From positions 39,390-103,389 of the IMG/VR virus record IMGVR_UViG_3300006175_000002: a stretch of 64,000 nucleotides of DNA; one strand, written 5' to 3'. Source of the stretch: a virus. A program made the translations under genes and the position numbers. Positions 51,028-59,955 of this stretch are shown here, one piece after another (position 1 is the first letter of the stretch; every line of letters begins with the position of its first letter). The notes beneath the pieces were generated by a model, which searched no databases, had not been told where the DNA came from, and saw only the letters and a program-made list of their open reading frames with translations.

Positions 51028-51423
51028 CTATTCATCTGCCTTGCGCTGATGGTAGCGGTTCATCAGGCGCCGCCACAGCCCCGGCCGGGCCCGTTGTGGG
51101 AGAAGACTGTCGTCGATGAGGACATCGGGTCGGAAGGCGGCGGCATCACGTTCCAGCAACCTCCGCGCCAGCGTACGGTAGGCCGTCTCGTCGGACTCGA
51201 ACCGGTACCGTGGCCCGTCGTTGAAGTGGGGTTCGGGGCGGTGCAGCACCTCGTACGGGTTGGTCGCGCGGAGACGATGCCACGCGGATTGGCAGTTGTC
51301 GTTGCAGAAGTCCCCGGACGCGCCTTTGCTCGGCAGTTCGGCTCCGCAGTGACCACACGCGACGGCGGCGGTGATCCGGGCCACGATGGCGTCGACAGTT
51401 CGCCGGCCCGCACTGATCGGCAT
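51028..51423 (-). CDS. zinc-finger hypothetical protein
   Basis: C..CGA.L......DFC...CQ..W; paralog of 51929-52303. Confidence 0.6.
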   Translation of the reverse strand: MPISAGRRTVDAIVARITAAVACGHCGAELPSKGASGDFCNDNCQSAWHRLRATNPYEVLHRPEPHFNDGPRYRFESDETAYRTLARRLLERDAAAFRPDVLIDDSLLPQRARPGLWRRLMNRYHQRKADE

Positions 51424-51438
51424 GAAAGGTGGCCTTTT

Positions 51439-51903
51439 CTAGTCGCGTACGTAGCCGAGCCACAAGGCCGCGGGTGCGGGGATTGTGGTCACCCACTCCT
51501 GAATGTCGTACTTCGTGCCGACAGCAACGTCGTTGAGGAGTTGCCGGGCGTCGGCGTCGTCGCAGAGCCACAGCCACGTCCAGGGCCCGTTGACCGTCCA
51601 GGCCCCGTTGGATCGGCCGTCGGCGGTGAACAGTTCAACGCGGAAGTACGCGCACTGGCCGTCGCCGCCGCTGGACTCGATGCGGGTGATGTCGATGTCG
51701 ACGACGGAGCCGGTGCTGCATTTCTCGACGTAGAACCGGTTCGTGGTCATGACAACTGAGCTGCCCGAGAGGGGGTAGGCGGCCCAGGGGCTGAGGATGC
51801 GGCAACCGGCGGTGGCCTGTGCGGGTGCGCTGGCGGCGAGGAGGCCGGTGATGGCCAGGGTGAGGGCGGTGAGGATGGTGGTGAGGCGTTGCCGGATGGT
51901 CAT
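51439..51903 (-). CDS. secreted protein
   Basis: AGGAGGAG SD, ATG 51903; signal peptide ending APAQA. Confidence 0.7.
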   Translation of the reverse strand: MTIRQRLTTILTALTLAITGLLAASAPAQATAGCRILSPWAAYPLSGSSVVMTTNRFYVEKCSTGSVVDIDITRIESSGGDGQCAYFRVELFTADGRSNGAWTVNGPWTWLWLCDDADARQLLNDVAVGTKYDIQEWVTTIPAPAALWLGYVRD

Positions 51904-51928
51904 TGTGCTCCTCCTTCGGGGTGGTGGC

Positions 51929-52303
51929 TTACGGCGCGTCAGCCGGTAGGAGCCGGTATGACTGGCCGTCGTGGATGATCTGGTACCAGCCTGATGCGGG
52001 TGCGGTGAGCCGCGGCGCGTCGATCTGGGCCAACGGTTCGGGTGCCGGGATCGTGTCGAACTCGAACGTGGCCGCGGGTTGGGCGGGTCGGGGTGGCACA
52101 CCCAGCTCGGCGGGGGTGAGGTCTGTCCGGGCGTACACACTGTTCGGGTCGGTGACGAACAGGTCGGCCCAGTCGTGTTGGCAGTCGGGGCCGCAGAAGT
52201 CTGGCGACGGCCCGGACGGTGCTAGCGGTGCGGTGCAGCGGCGGCAGCGGGCGGCGGTGACCTCATCAATGCGGGCCAGGATGTCAGTCACACTTGCCTC
52301 CAT
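51929..52303 (-). CDS. zinc-finger hypothetical protein
   Basis: CRRC...DFCGPDCQHDW. Confidence 0.6.
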   Translation of the reverse strand: MEASVTDILARIDEVTAARCRRCTAPLAPSGPSPDFCGPDCQHDWADLFVTDPNSVYARTDLTPAELGVPPRPAQPAATFEFDTIPAPEPLAQIDAPRLTAPASGWYQIIHDGQSYRLLPADAP

Positions 52304-52484
52304 GTCCGACCGGCCGGCGGCATCGGTCGCCGTTGCGGCGCTGGCCGGTGCAGCGTGCGGCGGGTGTGAACGGGCCGTGGTACGCGCATCGGTTCGTGCC
52401 GAGGGAGCAGCGGTACATGTACGGGCCGTCCCACACTTCGACGGGGCACCCGGCGAGCGTCTCGGCGGCAGCGGCTTCGGTCAT
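52284..52484 (-). CDS. small Cys/His-rich protein
   Basis: TAATG overlap with upstream gene; C..C..HG motifs. Confidence 0.45.
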   Translation of the reverse strand: MTEAAAAETLAGCPVEVWDGPYMYRCSLGTNRCAYHGPFTPAARCTGQRRNGDRCRRPVGHGGKCD

Positions 52485-52672
52485 TACGCCGTCCAGTGTC
52501 GTGGGTCGTCGCGCCAACCCCAACAGTACGGGGTACCGCACTGCGTACCGGCCTGATCGGTGGGAATGAACGGGTGCCGCCACGTCACGAGGCGCAGCCG
52601 GGGACGACGCAGCCGGTACGGCAACGGCCCATAGTCCCGCGCGGCACGCCGAGCCGAAGTAGTGGTGATCAT
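52484..52672 (-). CDS. small hypothetical protein
   Basis: ATGA overlap with upstream gene. Confidence 0.45.
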   Translation of the reverse strand: MITTTSARRAARDYGPLPYRLRRPRLRLVTWRHPFIPTDQAGTQCGTPYCWGWRDDPRHWTA

Positions 52673-53067
52673 GTCCGGACCGGTTCCGGGACGACGACGA
52701 GGCCTTCCACTGTGGCTTTGATCCGGTCCGTAATCCGCTTACGGCGCCGTTTCCACCGGTCGTCGTTGTCGTCGAGTCTGCACGCCCAGTATGCGGCGAC
52801 ACCGAACGCGTTGCCGATCATGTCGATCGGCGAATGGTGGCCGGGCAGGTCCCCGGCTGTCCAGAATATGAAAGCGGGCAGGTAGAACGGGCGCAGTTCC
52901 GCGAACAATATCCGGGCGATGTGGGCGACCCGATCAATCCATGGCGGCGTCGGTAGCCGCCGCTTAGCCGCCTCCTCGTGAACCATCGCGATCCACCACG
53001 AAGACCACCACAGCATGCAAACCCAGGCGCAAACCCAGACACATATGGTGCCTAAAACGGTGATCAC
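52669..53067 (-). CDS. membrane protein
   Basis: GGAGAGGGG SD, GTG 53067; TM helices, DDNDDRWKRRRK tail. Confidence 0.6.
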   Translation of the reverse strand: MITVLGTICVWVCAWVCMLWWSSWWIAMVHEEAAKRRLPTPPWIDRVAHIARILFAELRPFYLPAFIFWTAGDLPGHHSPIDMIGNAFGVAAYWACRLDDNDDRWKRRRKRITDRIKATVEGLVVVPEPVRT

Positions 53068-53091
53068 TTCGGCCCCCTCTCCTCGGCTTGC

Positions 53092-53132
53092 CCGCGCGGG
53101 CCGGGCCAGACCCCCCAACCCGGCCCGCGCGG
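53092..53132 (-). terminator. 14-bp perfect inverted repeat just downstream of the Cas7-like gene
   Basis: CCGCGCGGGCCGGG...CCCGGCCCGCGCGG. Confidence 0.55.
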
Positions 53133-53142
53133 AGTCTCGTAC

Positions 53143-54090
53143 TTACTCCTCGCCGGTCACGATATCGGCGTCGACCGTCTTACCGGCAGCCTTACGGGGC
53201 TTCCCGGCGGCGGCGCCTGTGGTGGTTGCCTTGACCCGCGGGCCCGCTGAAGCGATCCTCTCCCACCTCGTGACCTTGAACCGGCCGAAACCCTGCGACC
53301 TCGACGCACCCAACCCGTTCTGCTGGGCAACCAGCCAGAACCTCCGCCACTCCTCGTCGGAGTAGTCGTGAATCGACCGGACAGTGAAATCGATGACCGC
53401 GCCGACCACGTACTCCTCGTACTGGATGCCCGACCCGCGGAACGTGTGCACGAACCTTTGGTTCACCGCCGTCGGCTCGAGGACCGCGTTCAGGCCACCG
53501 CGGAGCGGGTTCTCCTGGTCGGCGAATGTGTAGAGGTGCAGCCGGTCCTCAACAACGAACAGTGTCTCCGCGAAGAACGACAGCAACCCTTTCTTGTTGT
53601 TGTTGCCGTACCCGCGGGCCGACACGAGGTTAGTATCCGCCGCGATCGAGCAGGCTTCTTTCAGGCACGCCTTGAGTTGCCGGCCCTCGACGTAGAGTTG
53701 ACCCCTCGCCGCGCTGGGGAGTCCTTCCTCGGCTTGCTCCTTCGCGTGGGCGATCGCGGCGGGGGTGCGCTTGTCACGCTTGAACTGGTTCAGGTGCTTG
53801 TCGGCTTCCTTCGCGACGGCTTCGTCGGCGGTGGCACCGGTTTCGACCATCGTTTCCGCGACGGCCTGGCGGACGAGGTCGTCACGCTGGAGGCCGAGCT
53901 TCGTGCGGAGCCACCCCTCAACGACGTTCTGATCGACGGGGATCCCGCCGGCGATGATGCTACACACGAGTTGGCCGGCGTACTCGTGGTAGACGTCGGT
54001 TTCGTACTTGTCGAATGCGCCTTCGATGGCGTATTCGAGGTTGAAGACGGGCAGTGCGGGTGCGGGTTTCCGTGCGACTGCGGTGGCCAC
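53143..54090 (-). CDS. solo Cas7/RAMP-superfamily protein (315 aa)
   Basis: GAAAGGA SD, GTG 54090; LYVEGRQLKACLKEA resembles the Cas7 P.IPGSS.KG..R helix; C-terminal glycine-rich loop GLGASRSQGFGRF; no other cas genes in window. Confidence 0.8.
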   Translation of the reverse strand: MATAVARKPAPALPVFNLEYAIEGAFDKYETDVYHEYAGQLVCSIIAGGIPVDQNVVEGWLRTKLGLQRDDLVRQAVAETMVETGATADEAVAKEADKHLNQFKRDKRTPAAIAHAKEQAEEGLPSAARGQLYVEGRQLKACLKEACSIAADTNLVSARGYGNNNKKGLLSFFAETLFVVEDRLHLYTFADQENPLRGGLNAVLEPTAVNQRFVHTFRGSGIQYEEYVVGAVIDFTVRSIHDYSDEEWRRFWLVAQQNGLGASRSQGFGRFKVTRWERIASAGPRVKATTTGAAAGKPRKAAGKTVDADIVTGEE

Positions 54091-54104
54091 GGGTGTGTCC
54101 TTTC

Positions 54105-55645
54105 GGGGTTGGGTAGTTGCCGGACTGGCTGGGCTTGTCAGTTTCGGCCCGGCGGGGGGAGGCGTCGGTAGGGCTTGTCGGACCTTGGGTCTGGGTCGGC
54201 AAGGCTTGTCGGGGTCGGGTGGACTTTGTGCCACGGAGCGGACAGGTTAGTCGGCGCGGGGGCCGGTTGGGCTTGTCGGGCAGTCAGGAGGGTGCCGGTT
54301 GCGTAGGCGGCATGGGTCGGGTAGTCGAGAGGGAAGGTTGACAGGTAGTGGCGTGGGTTGTCGGAAGAGACGTGAAGTTGGGTGATCTGGCCTGGCTTGT
54401 CAGAAGTGTTCAAGGGTCGTATTGGCTCGTCAGGCTTGGGGCGTAAGGGACAGTTCCGGATTGGATGGGCTTGTCGGGAAACGGATTGAGATGAACGTGG
54501 TTCTGGCCTGGATTGTCAGTGTGCGGCCGGGAGGAACAGAACGGGGGGCGGGGTTGTCAGTAGGGGGCCGGATTGAGTTTGGGCTGGGATGTCGATGTTG
54601 GCTGGTCGCGGCATGGATCGTCGGCGTGAGGCTGAGGTAAATCAGGGCAGGGTAGTCGCATGGGATCGGCAAGGCGCGGATCGTGGCATGGGTAGTCGAT
54701 GAGGGGCGTACGCGAGCGAGGGTGGGGCTGTCAGACACGGGATGTTCATGACCTTGTTCGAGGGACGGGTAGTCGATTGAGGCGGGAAGAACTCAGGGTG
54801 AGGGTGGGCTGTCAGGTACGGAATGGCAGGCGCAGATGGGTGCGGCATGCTTATGGCTTGTCAGATCGGGCAAGAAGCGTTCTCCATGGCACGGGTTGGC
54901 TTGTCGGACGTGACGTGAGCTGGGAATGACTCGGGCCGGGTTGTCAGGGGTGTCGCGTGTAGAAGCGGACGGGCATGGATTGTCGGGTAAGAACAGTGCG
55001 CGGCATGACGCGGGTAGTCAGACTTAGGGGGGGAGAACCAAGGGGAGTTCTGGATGGTCAGCTTCGGCCGGGGTTGAACGCGATCAGGACTGTCGGTTCG
55101 GGGATGGAAATTGGGCGGAGCCAGAAGCGGGGCGGGTTGTCGGAGTGTGGAGTGGTGTACGGGTCCTGGGATGGTATGTCAGTTGAGGGTAGGAAGCGCC
55201 ACGGCTTGGATCGGGTAGTCAGAGCCGGTAGGTACGGGTGGGTTCGGGTTGTCAGATTCGGGCCGCGTCGGCTGGCGGTGGCATGGCTTGTCAGCTTTCG
55301 GAGTGGCGGGGAACAGGTAATCGCGGCATGGCTCGTCAGGTGAGGGTGGGAAGGATCGGGTAGTCAGAATCGGTAGGTGCGGCGCCGAGCCGGGTCGGGT
55401 TGTCAGAGGATGTGGAGTGATGCGGGGCATGTTGGGTCGGGTAGTCAGATCAGACGCGGGTCGTACTTGATGGAGTAGGTGTGGGCTGTCAGAAGCGGAC
55501 TGGGCGGGGAGTCCTGATCTGGGTTGTCAGATTCGGGCGGTAAGGCTCTGAGCTTGTCTTGGGTAGTCAGAAAAGGGCAGGAATGAACGAAGACCAGGGG
55601 TGTCAAGTTTGGGGTGAGGTAGAGCGTACTGGCTCGGATTGTCAT
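54105..55645 (-). repeat. non-coding array 1: ~40 degenerate units (25-49 nt, mean ~39) with 5-nt periodicity
   Basis: + strand GGNTW-GTCRG anchor at 54137, 54177, 54208, 54250 ... 55566, 55602, 55641; G/GG recurring every 5 nt before each anchor. Confidence 0.88.
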
Positions 55646-56196
55646 TACGCCGCCGCCGCCATCGAATGCCACATCCGCGCCAACTGCTCATCAGTGAACA
55701 GATCCGCCACCGTCTCCGCGCCCCGCCGCGACTTCAACTTCTTCGCCACCGCCCGCAGGAACGCCGCGTTCAACGCGTTCTCCGCCGCCTGCGCCTCATA
55801 ATCGGTCGCGACCGACTCCAGATCAGAAACAGTCAGCGCCGACAGTGGCTTACGGGCCCCGTCGATGACGTACCGCACGTTGAGGAACGACTCAATGCCT
55901 CCCATGTCGCCGGCCTGGGCGCGGCTTGTGGCCGCGGCGAAGTCGTGGCGGCCGTTGACGACGCGGGCGTGGCCGCGGCGGCTGCGTTCAATGGTTGCGA
56001 TCGTGTCGCGGAGCAGGTTCACGGCTTGCATGTGGAGCCAGCCGTGGAGGAGGTCAGGGTCGGTGGTGTCGAGGGTACGGACGAGGTTCTCGGCGATGGT
56101 GCGGTCGGGCACAGTGCCGCGGATGGTGAGGGCGTTGTCGATGTGGACGCGCATGTCGGCGGCGTAGTTACGTTGTTCTGGGGTGTCGGGCGGCAT
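55645..56196 (-). CDS. helical hypothetical protein (183 aa) between the two arrays
   Basis: AAGGA SD, ATG 56196; normal codon usage unlike the flanking arrays. Confidence 0.75.
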   Translation of the reverse strand: MPPDTPEQRNYAADMRVHIDNALTIRGTVPDRTIAENLVRTLDTTDPDLLHGWLHMQAVNLLRDTIATIERSRRGHARVVNGRHDFAAATSRAQAGDMGGIESFLNVRYVIDGARKPLSALTVSDLESVATDYEAQAAENALNAAFLRAVAKKLKSRRGAETVADLFTDEQLARMWHSMAAAA

Positions 56197-56204
56197 GTGA
56201 CGTC

Positions 56205-57205
56205 CTTGGGTCGGGGTGGTCGGGTGGGAGGGGAGGCGACGGCGGGTACTGGATAGTCGGGTGGGGACTGGAACGGTTCGGATTGTCGGGGTGTGATGGT
56301 TGAGGTTGGATCGTCGGGATGGTTCTGGAGTGGATAGTCGGATGTGGTCTGGCTCTGGCTCGGAGCGTCGGGTTCGGGAGGTTCGGCTGGTGGTGGACTG
56401 TCTGACTGGGGTGGACAAAGGGCATTGGCTTGGACTGTCGGTTGGTGGTTTGCGCCGGGGTGGATTTTGCTGGTGAGTCAGAATTTCGGTGTGAGTTGCG
56501 GGGCTAGGGCTGGCAAGGGTAGTCAGGGTGTGGCAGGGCAGTTTGGGCAAGATCCGGGATGTCGGATTCGGGTGGGTGGGTGGGCATGAGTTGACAAGTC
56601 GGGGTGGTGCTGGCCGGGTGTTTGGGCCGGGCCGTTGAGGGCGAGGTTGGCTTGTCGGTCCGGGAGAGATCGGGACTGGGGCCGGTTAGTCGGGCGGGGC
56701 GGGTTGAACATTCGCGGCTGGGTGTGGGTTGTCGGACCGGGCCGCGGAGGGAAGGCGAGGTCTGGCTTGTCGGGCTGGTTCTGGCGTAGACACGGGCTGG
56801 ATCGTCGGTTCTTTCGGTGAGGGGTGATTCGGGTCGTCAGAGTGTGGGGGATCGTGGTCAAGTAGTGGCTTGTCGGGGCCTGGATGGGGGCTTGGCTTGG
56901 CCTGTCAGCGGGGGGTTACGAATCGGGAGTGGAGGGGTCTGTCGAATTGGGAGGAAGCAGGTACGGCATGGCTTGTCGGGCAGGTGGGCGCTGCGGCGGC
57001 TTGGTTCTGTCTTGTCAGTTTCGGTGAAGGAGGCGTCGGCAGGGGCTTGGGATGTCAGTTTCGGTTCGGAAGTACCTGGGATGGATTGTCGGTACGGCCA
57101 GTTGCGGATAGGTAAGTCGCGGCTTGTCAGATCCGGGTGCGTGCAGGCAGAGAATGGCTCGGGGTGTCAGTTTCGGTCCAGGAGTTCGCGGAGTTGGCTT
57201 GTCAG
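56205..57205 (-). repeat. non-coding array 2: ~28 units with the same grammar
   Basis: GTCRG anchors at 56219, 56256, 56285, 56313 ... 57126, 57166, 57201. Confidence 0.88.
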
Positions 57206-57208
57206 CGC

Positions 57209-57412
57209 TCACCCTAGCGATCCTTCTACGACATGGCAACCCCGCTCGTCGTGGTCCAACGCGATGGTGACAAGAAGGTGCACGGCGTAGCTGACCGTCA
57301 TATTTTGCGCATCTGCGTACGCGGCGACGCGGGCGTACACAGCCGGATCCCACCGCATCGTCTGCATATGCAGGTGACCGGCGGCCGGTGAGGGGAGGCG
57401 TTGTTTCGTCAT
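57209..57412 (-). CDS. ribbon-helix-helix (Arc/CopG-like) protein
   Basis: MQTMRWDPAVYARVAAYADAQNMTVSYAVHLLV pattern; ATGA overlap. Confidence 0.6.
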   Translation of the reverse strand: MTKQRLPSPAAGHLHMQTMRWDPAVYARVAAYADAQNMTVSYAVHLLVTIALDHDERGCHVVEGSLG

Positions 57413-57567
57413 CGGCGCCGCCATTTTCTGGGGTAGCGGGTGTGCATGGTACGGATCCGGTCGTGGACCTTGTCCCAGTAGCGGTGCACGGCCAGGGCGA
57501 GGGGTTTCGCGTCGCCGGTGGCGTCGTAGTGGCGCATCGCGGCGAGGACGTCGGGCGGGGTGGTCAT
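57409..57567 (-). CDS. small hypothetical protein (52 aa)
   Basis: ATGA overlaps at both ends. Confidence 0.45.
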   Translation of the reverse strand: MTTPPDVLAAMRHYDATGDAKPLALAVHRYWDKVHDRIRTMHTRYPRKWRRR

Positions 57568-57809
57568 AGCCACTTCCGGATGATCTCGGGGGCGCGGGTG
57601 TAATCAACGGGGAGGTTAATGATCAGGGGTTCTGAGTTGCGTACCCCGAACCAGATGACCAGGATCGGTGCCCGGTCGATGACGGTGAACGATTCCAGCC
57701 AGAGATGGCGTTGCTCGAGGTGGCCGGCGGCGGCGACGCAGCGTTTCCAGTGGCCGCTGGGGAGTAGGCCCTGCGCGAGGCACCTCGGGTCGGGGGCGGG
57801 TGTGGTCAT
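57564..57809 (-). CDS. hypothetical protein
   Basis: ATGA overlap; C...C....GH...H motif. Confidence 0.5.
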   Translation of the reverse strand: MTTPAPDPRCLAQGLLPSGHWKRCVAAAGHLEQRHLWLESFTVIDRAPILVIWFGVRNSEPLIINLPVDYTRAPEIIRKWL

Positions 57810-58156
57810 GGCGTTTCCGTGTCGAGGTAGCGCCATTCGATGCGAGTCACGTCGGTGACGCAGCCCATGTGTTCGACGAAGAAACGAACGAACTCCTCCG
57901 GTGTGACGTCGAACCCTTCCCGGGCTACGTCGTCGGGTGCGTTGAAGATCGCGCGCAACGGCTCACGCCGCACCGATACCACCTCGACGTCAGTGATGCG
58001 ATCGAGTGGCTCACCCGGGCGCCGGCCCTGGACCTTGCGGCAAAGTGTTAGCCGGTCACCGGGTTTGAGGAACTTCCACCCGAGACGTCTGGTAACGGTC
58101 TTGCGGCGATCGCGTACCGCCTGCTCGGTCAGGGCAACGGACATGAGGCGACTCAT
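57806..58156 (-). CDS. ASCH/PUA-domain protein
   Basis: RKTVTRR.GW..LKPGD and DDVAREGF motifs. Confidence 0.8.
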   Translation of the reverse strand: MSRLMSVALTEQAVRDRRKTVTRRLGWKFLKPGDRLTLCRKVQGRRPGEPLDRITDVEVVSVRREPLRAIFNAPDDVAREGFDVTPEEFVRFFVEHMGCVTDVTRIEWRYLDTETP

Positions 58157-58281
58157 ACGCAGACTACGAACGCGGTCGCGTACGTTATGGCCAGGCCAAC
58201 CAATCCGGCGACGCACGCGATCAAGGAGCCGACCAAGGTGTAGAAGAACGTCGCTATGACGAGCGGCATGACGTCGGTCAT
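58153..58281 (-). CDS. small membrane peptide
   Basis: GGAGGAG SD; hydrophobic; ATGA overlaps. Confidence 0.4.
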   Translation of the reverse strand: MTDVMPLVIATFFYTLVGSLIACVAGLVGLAITYATAFVVCV

Positions 58282-58859
58282 GGGCGCTTCAGCTCCTCCG
58301 GGAAGTCGGGCTGGCCGGCGAACGGCGAGGCATCGTCGAGGACCTCGGGACACGGCCACGGGTCGCCCTGGTCGACGCAGTACCAGATGATCGGCGGCTC
58401 GTCGACCACGAACGTGGGCCGGTGCCGCTCCAGCCGGCGCAGCGCGGACTCGCACACCGCGACGGCGAATGCGGGGTCGAACGCGGCGATGTGGTCGGCG
58501 TCGGCGGTCTGCCGGTCAAGGTTGATGTTCCAGTTGCCATCGTGGCTTTGCACCTCCAGCCACACGGCCTTGAAAGCACCGGTGGCCTTCTCGCCATCTC
58601 CTGGGCCACGGCTGAGCACCGTATTCTGCCCGTCGGAGTCCTGTGCGAGCGCTTCCCACGGCCCCGGTGTGGCTGCCCAGGCCACGTCGAGCTTGGCCTG
58701 CCACTGGGCGACCACCCAGGCGTGCAGCTCGGCGGGACGGCTAACCTTGCCGTCGTTAGCCGTCGATTGGTCGTTGGCGAGTCGCGCCACGTCGCGGGCG
58801 GTCAGGGGCGGGCGGTGGCCGGCCACGCCGGGCGAGTCGTGCATGCCGCCGTCTTTCAC
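58278..58859 (-). CDS. DUF6221/Ead-like phage protein
   Basis: ATPGPW, DADHIAAFDP, WPCP.V...A.PFAGQPDF. Confidence 0.7.
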   Translation of the reverse strand: MKDGGMHDSPGVAGHRPPLTARDVARLANDQSTANDGKVSRPAELHAWVVAQWQAKLDVAWAATPGPWEALAQDSDGQNTVLSRGPGDGEKATGAFKAVWLEVQSHDGNWNINLDRQTADADHIAAFDPAFAVAVCESALRRLERHRPTFVVDEPPIIWYCVDQGDPWPCPEVLDDASPFAGQPDFPEELKRP

Positions 58860-59416
58860 GTCGTCTCCTTCGGGTCGGGTGCGATCCGGTCGGCGATGGC
58901 CTGCACGATGTCCCACGGGTCATCACCGAGCCATGTGCTCTGCAGGGCCAGCAGTTCGGCGCGGACCTTGGCCCGCTCGTCGGCGCGGATCAGCGTCGCC
59001 ACTTCCGTGTCGGGGTACAGCATTCCGGCTGTCTGTTCCCACGTGATCGGCTCGTACCGCAACGACCGGTGCCCATCGTCGGCGATGAACACGACCGGCA
59101 GGACCGGTGTTGGCTTGGGTGGTTCGGGTGCGTGTTCGCAGCCGCCCCATTCCAGGCTGTGTACGCCTGCGGTGCGGCATCGGCGGTGGCAGCCGTCGAA
59201 GTCGGATGGCTGTTCGGCGGCGATGACCGGGCGTTGCGGTGTCGTGGCCTCCGGGGCGTCCAGGGCGTTGACGGCGGCGGTGAGCGCGTCCATGGCGGCG
59301 CGGTTGGCGGCGATCCACTCGTCGGTGTCGATGCTACCGTCGTATCGGCTGGCTTCGCTGGCGACCAGCGCACGTGCGGCCTCGACGACGGCGGCGAGTC
59401 TGGTTGTGTCAGACAT
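58856..59416 (-). CDS. hypothetical protein
   Basis: ATG 59416; GTGA overlap downstream. Confidence 0.55.
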   Translation of the reverse strand: MSDTTRLAAVVEAARALVASEASRYDGSIDTDEWIAANRAAMDALTAAVNALDAPEATTPQRPVIAAEQPSDFDGCHRRCRTAGVHSLEWGGCEHAPEPPKPTPVLPVVFIADDGHRSLRYEPITWEQTAGMLYPDTEVATLIRADERAKVRAELLALQSTWLGDDPWDIVQAIADRIAPDPKETT

Positions 59417-59682
59417 TGAGCCACGTCTCCCCTCCACCGGTGCCGAACACGACGACGGCAACGGTGATGATGTATATCCAGGTGTGGGCGATCATTCCTG
59501 AGATGATCGGCAGGAACGCTGCCTGCATAGGCTTCGGTTCGGGTGTGGTCATTCGCATGTCCAGCAGGGGCCCTGCGGTGTGCCGCCGGCGTGGTGGGTT
59601 GGGTGGCTGCTTTCGTAGCAGCCGGCGATAGCGGTCAGGATCGCGACGGCGATCGCGAATCCGATCGCGGCGACACGGGGGG

Positions 59683-59955
59683 TCATGGGGTGGTCTTTCC
59701 TCTCTGGGTGGGGGGTGGGCAGCCGGTTTCTTTGGCTGTGCCGTCGGCGCGGTAGGTGACGTAATGGTCGAGGCCAGCGGCCGCGTCGTCGGCGACGCCG
59801 CGGACGAGGGTTTGGAGGGCGTCGGCGAGGTAGCGGGGGTTGTCGCCGGGAGCTTGGACGCGTTCCCATTCGATGCGTTGGGGCATGCCGATCTCTTCGG
59901 TTGCCCGGTTGATGTCGTATTCGATCTGGACGACGAGGTACGCGCGGATCCTCAT
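59683..59955 (-). CDS. hypothetical protein
   Basis: GAGGAGGAG SD; ATGA overlap. Confidence 0.55.
   Translation of the reverse strand: MRIRAYLVVQIEYDINRATEEIGMPQRIEWERVQAPGDNPRYLADALQTLVRGVADDAAAGLDHYVTYRADGTAKETGCPPPTQRGKTTP

Noticed and set aside
54105-57205. Canonical CRISPR array
   Set aside because: No identical 23-47 bp repeats; only a ~10-nt degenerate anchor plus a periodic G/C register; no cas1/cas2/cas6
54105-57205. G-quadruplex or simple satellite explanation for the G-rich strand
   Set aside because: G-richness alone does not explain the regularly spaced GTCRG anchor, the unique unit content or the exact gene-boundary placement
54091-57353. ORF-track ORFs across the arrays and the N-terminal extensions of 53143..54234 and 55645..56550
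   Set aside because: Low-complexity Pro/Thr or Gly/Val shadow translations without SD; real starts with SD are at 54090 and 56196
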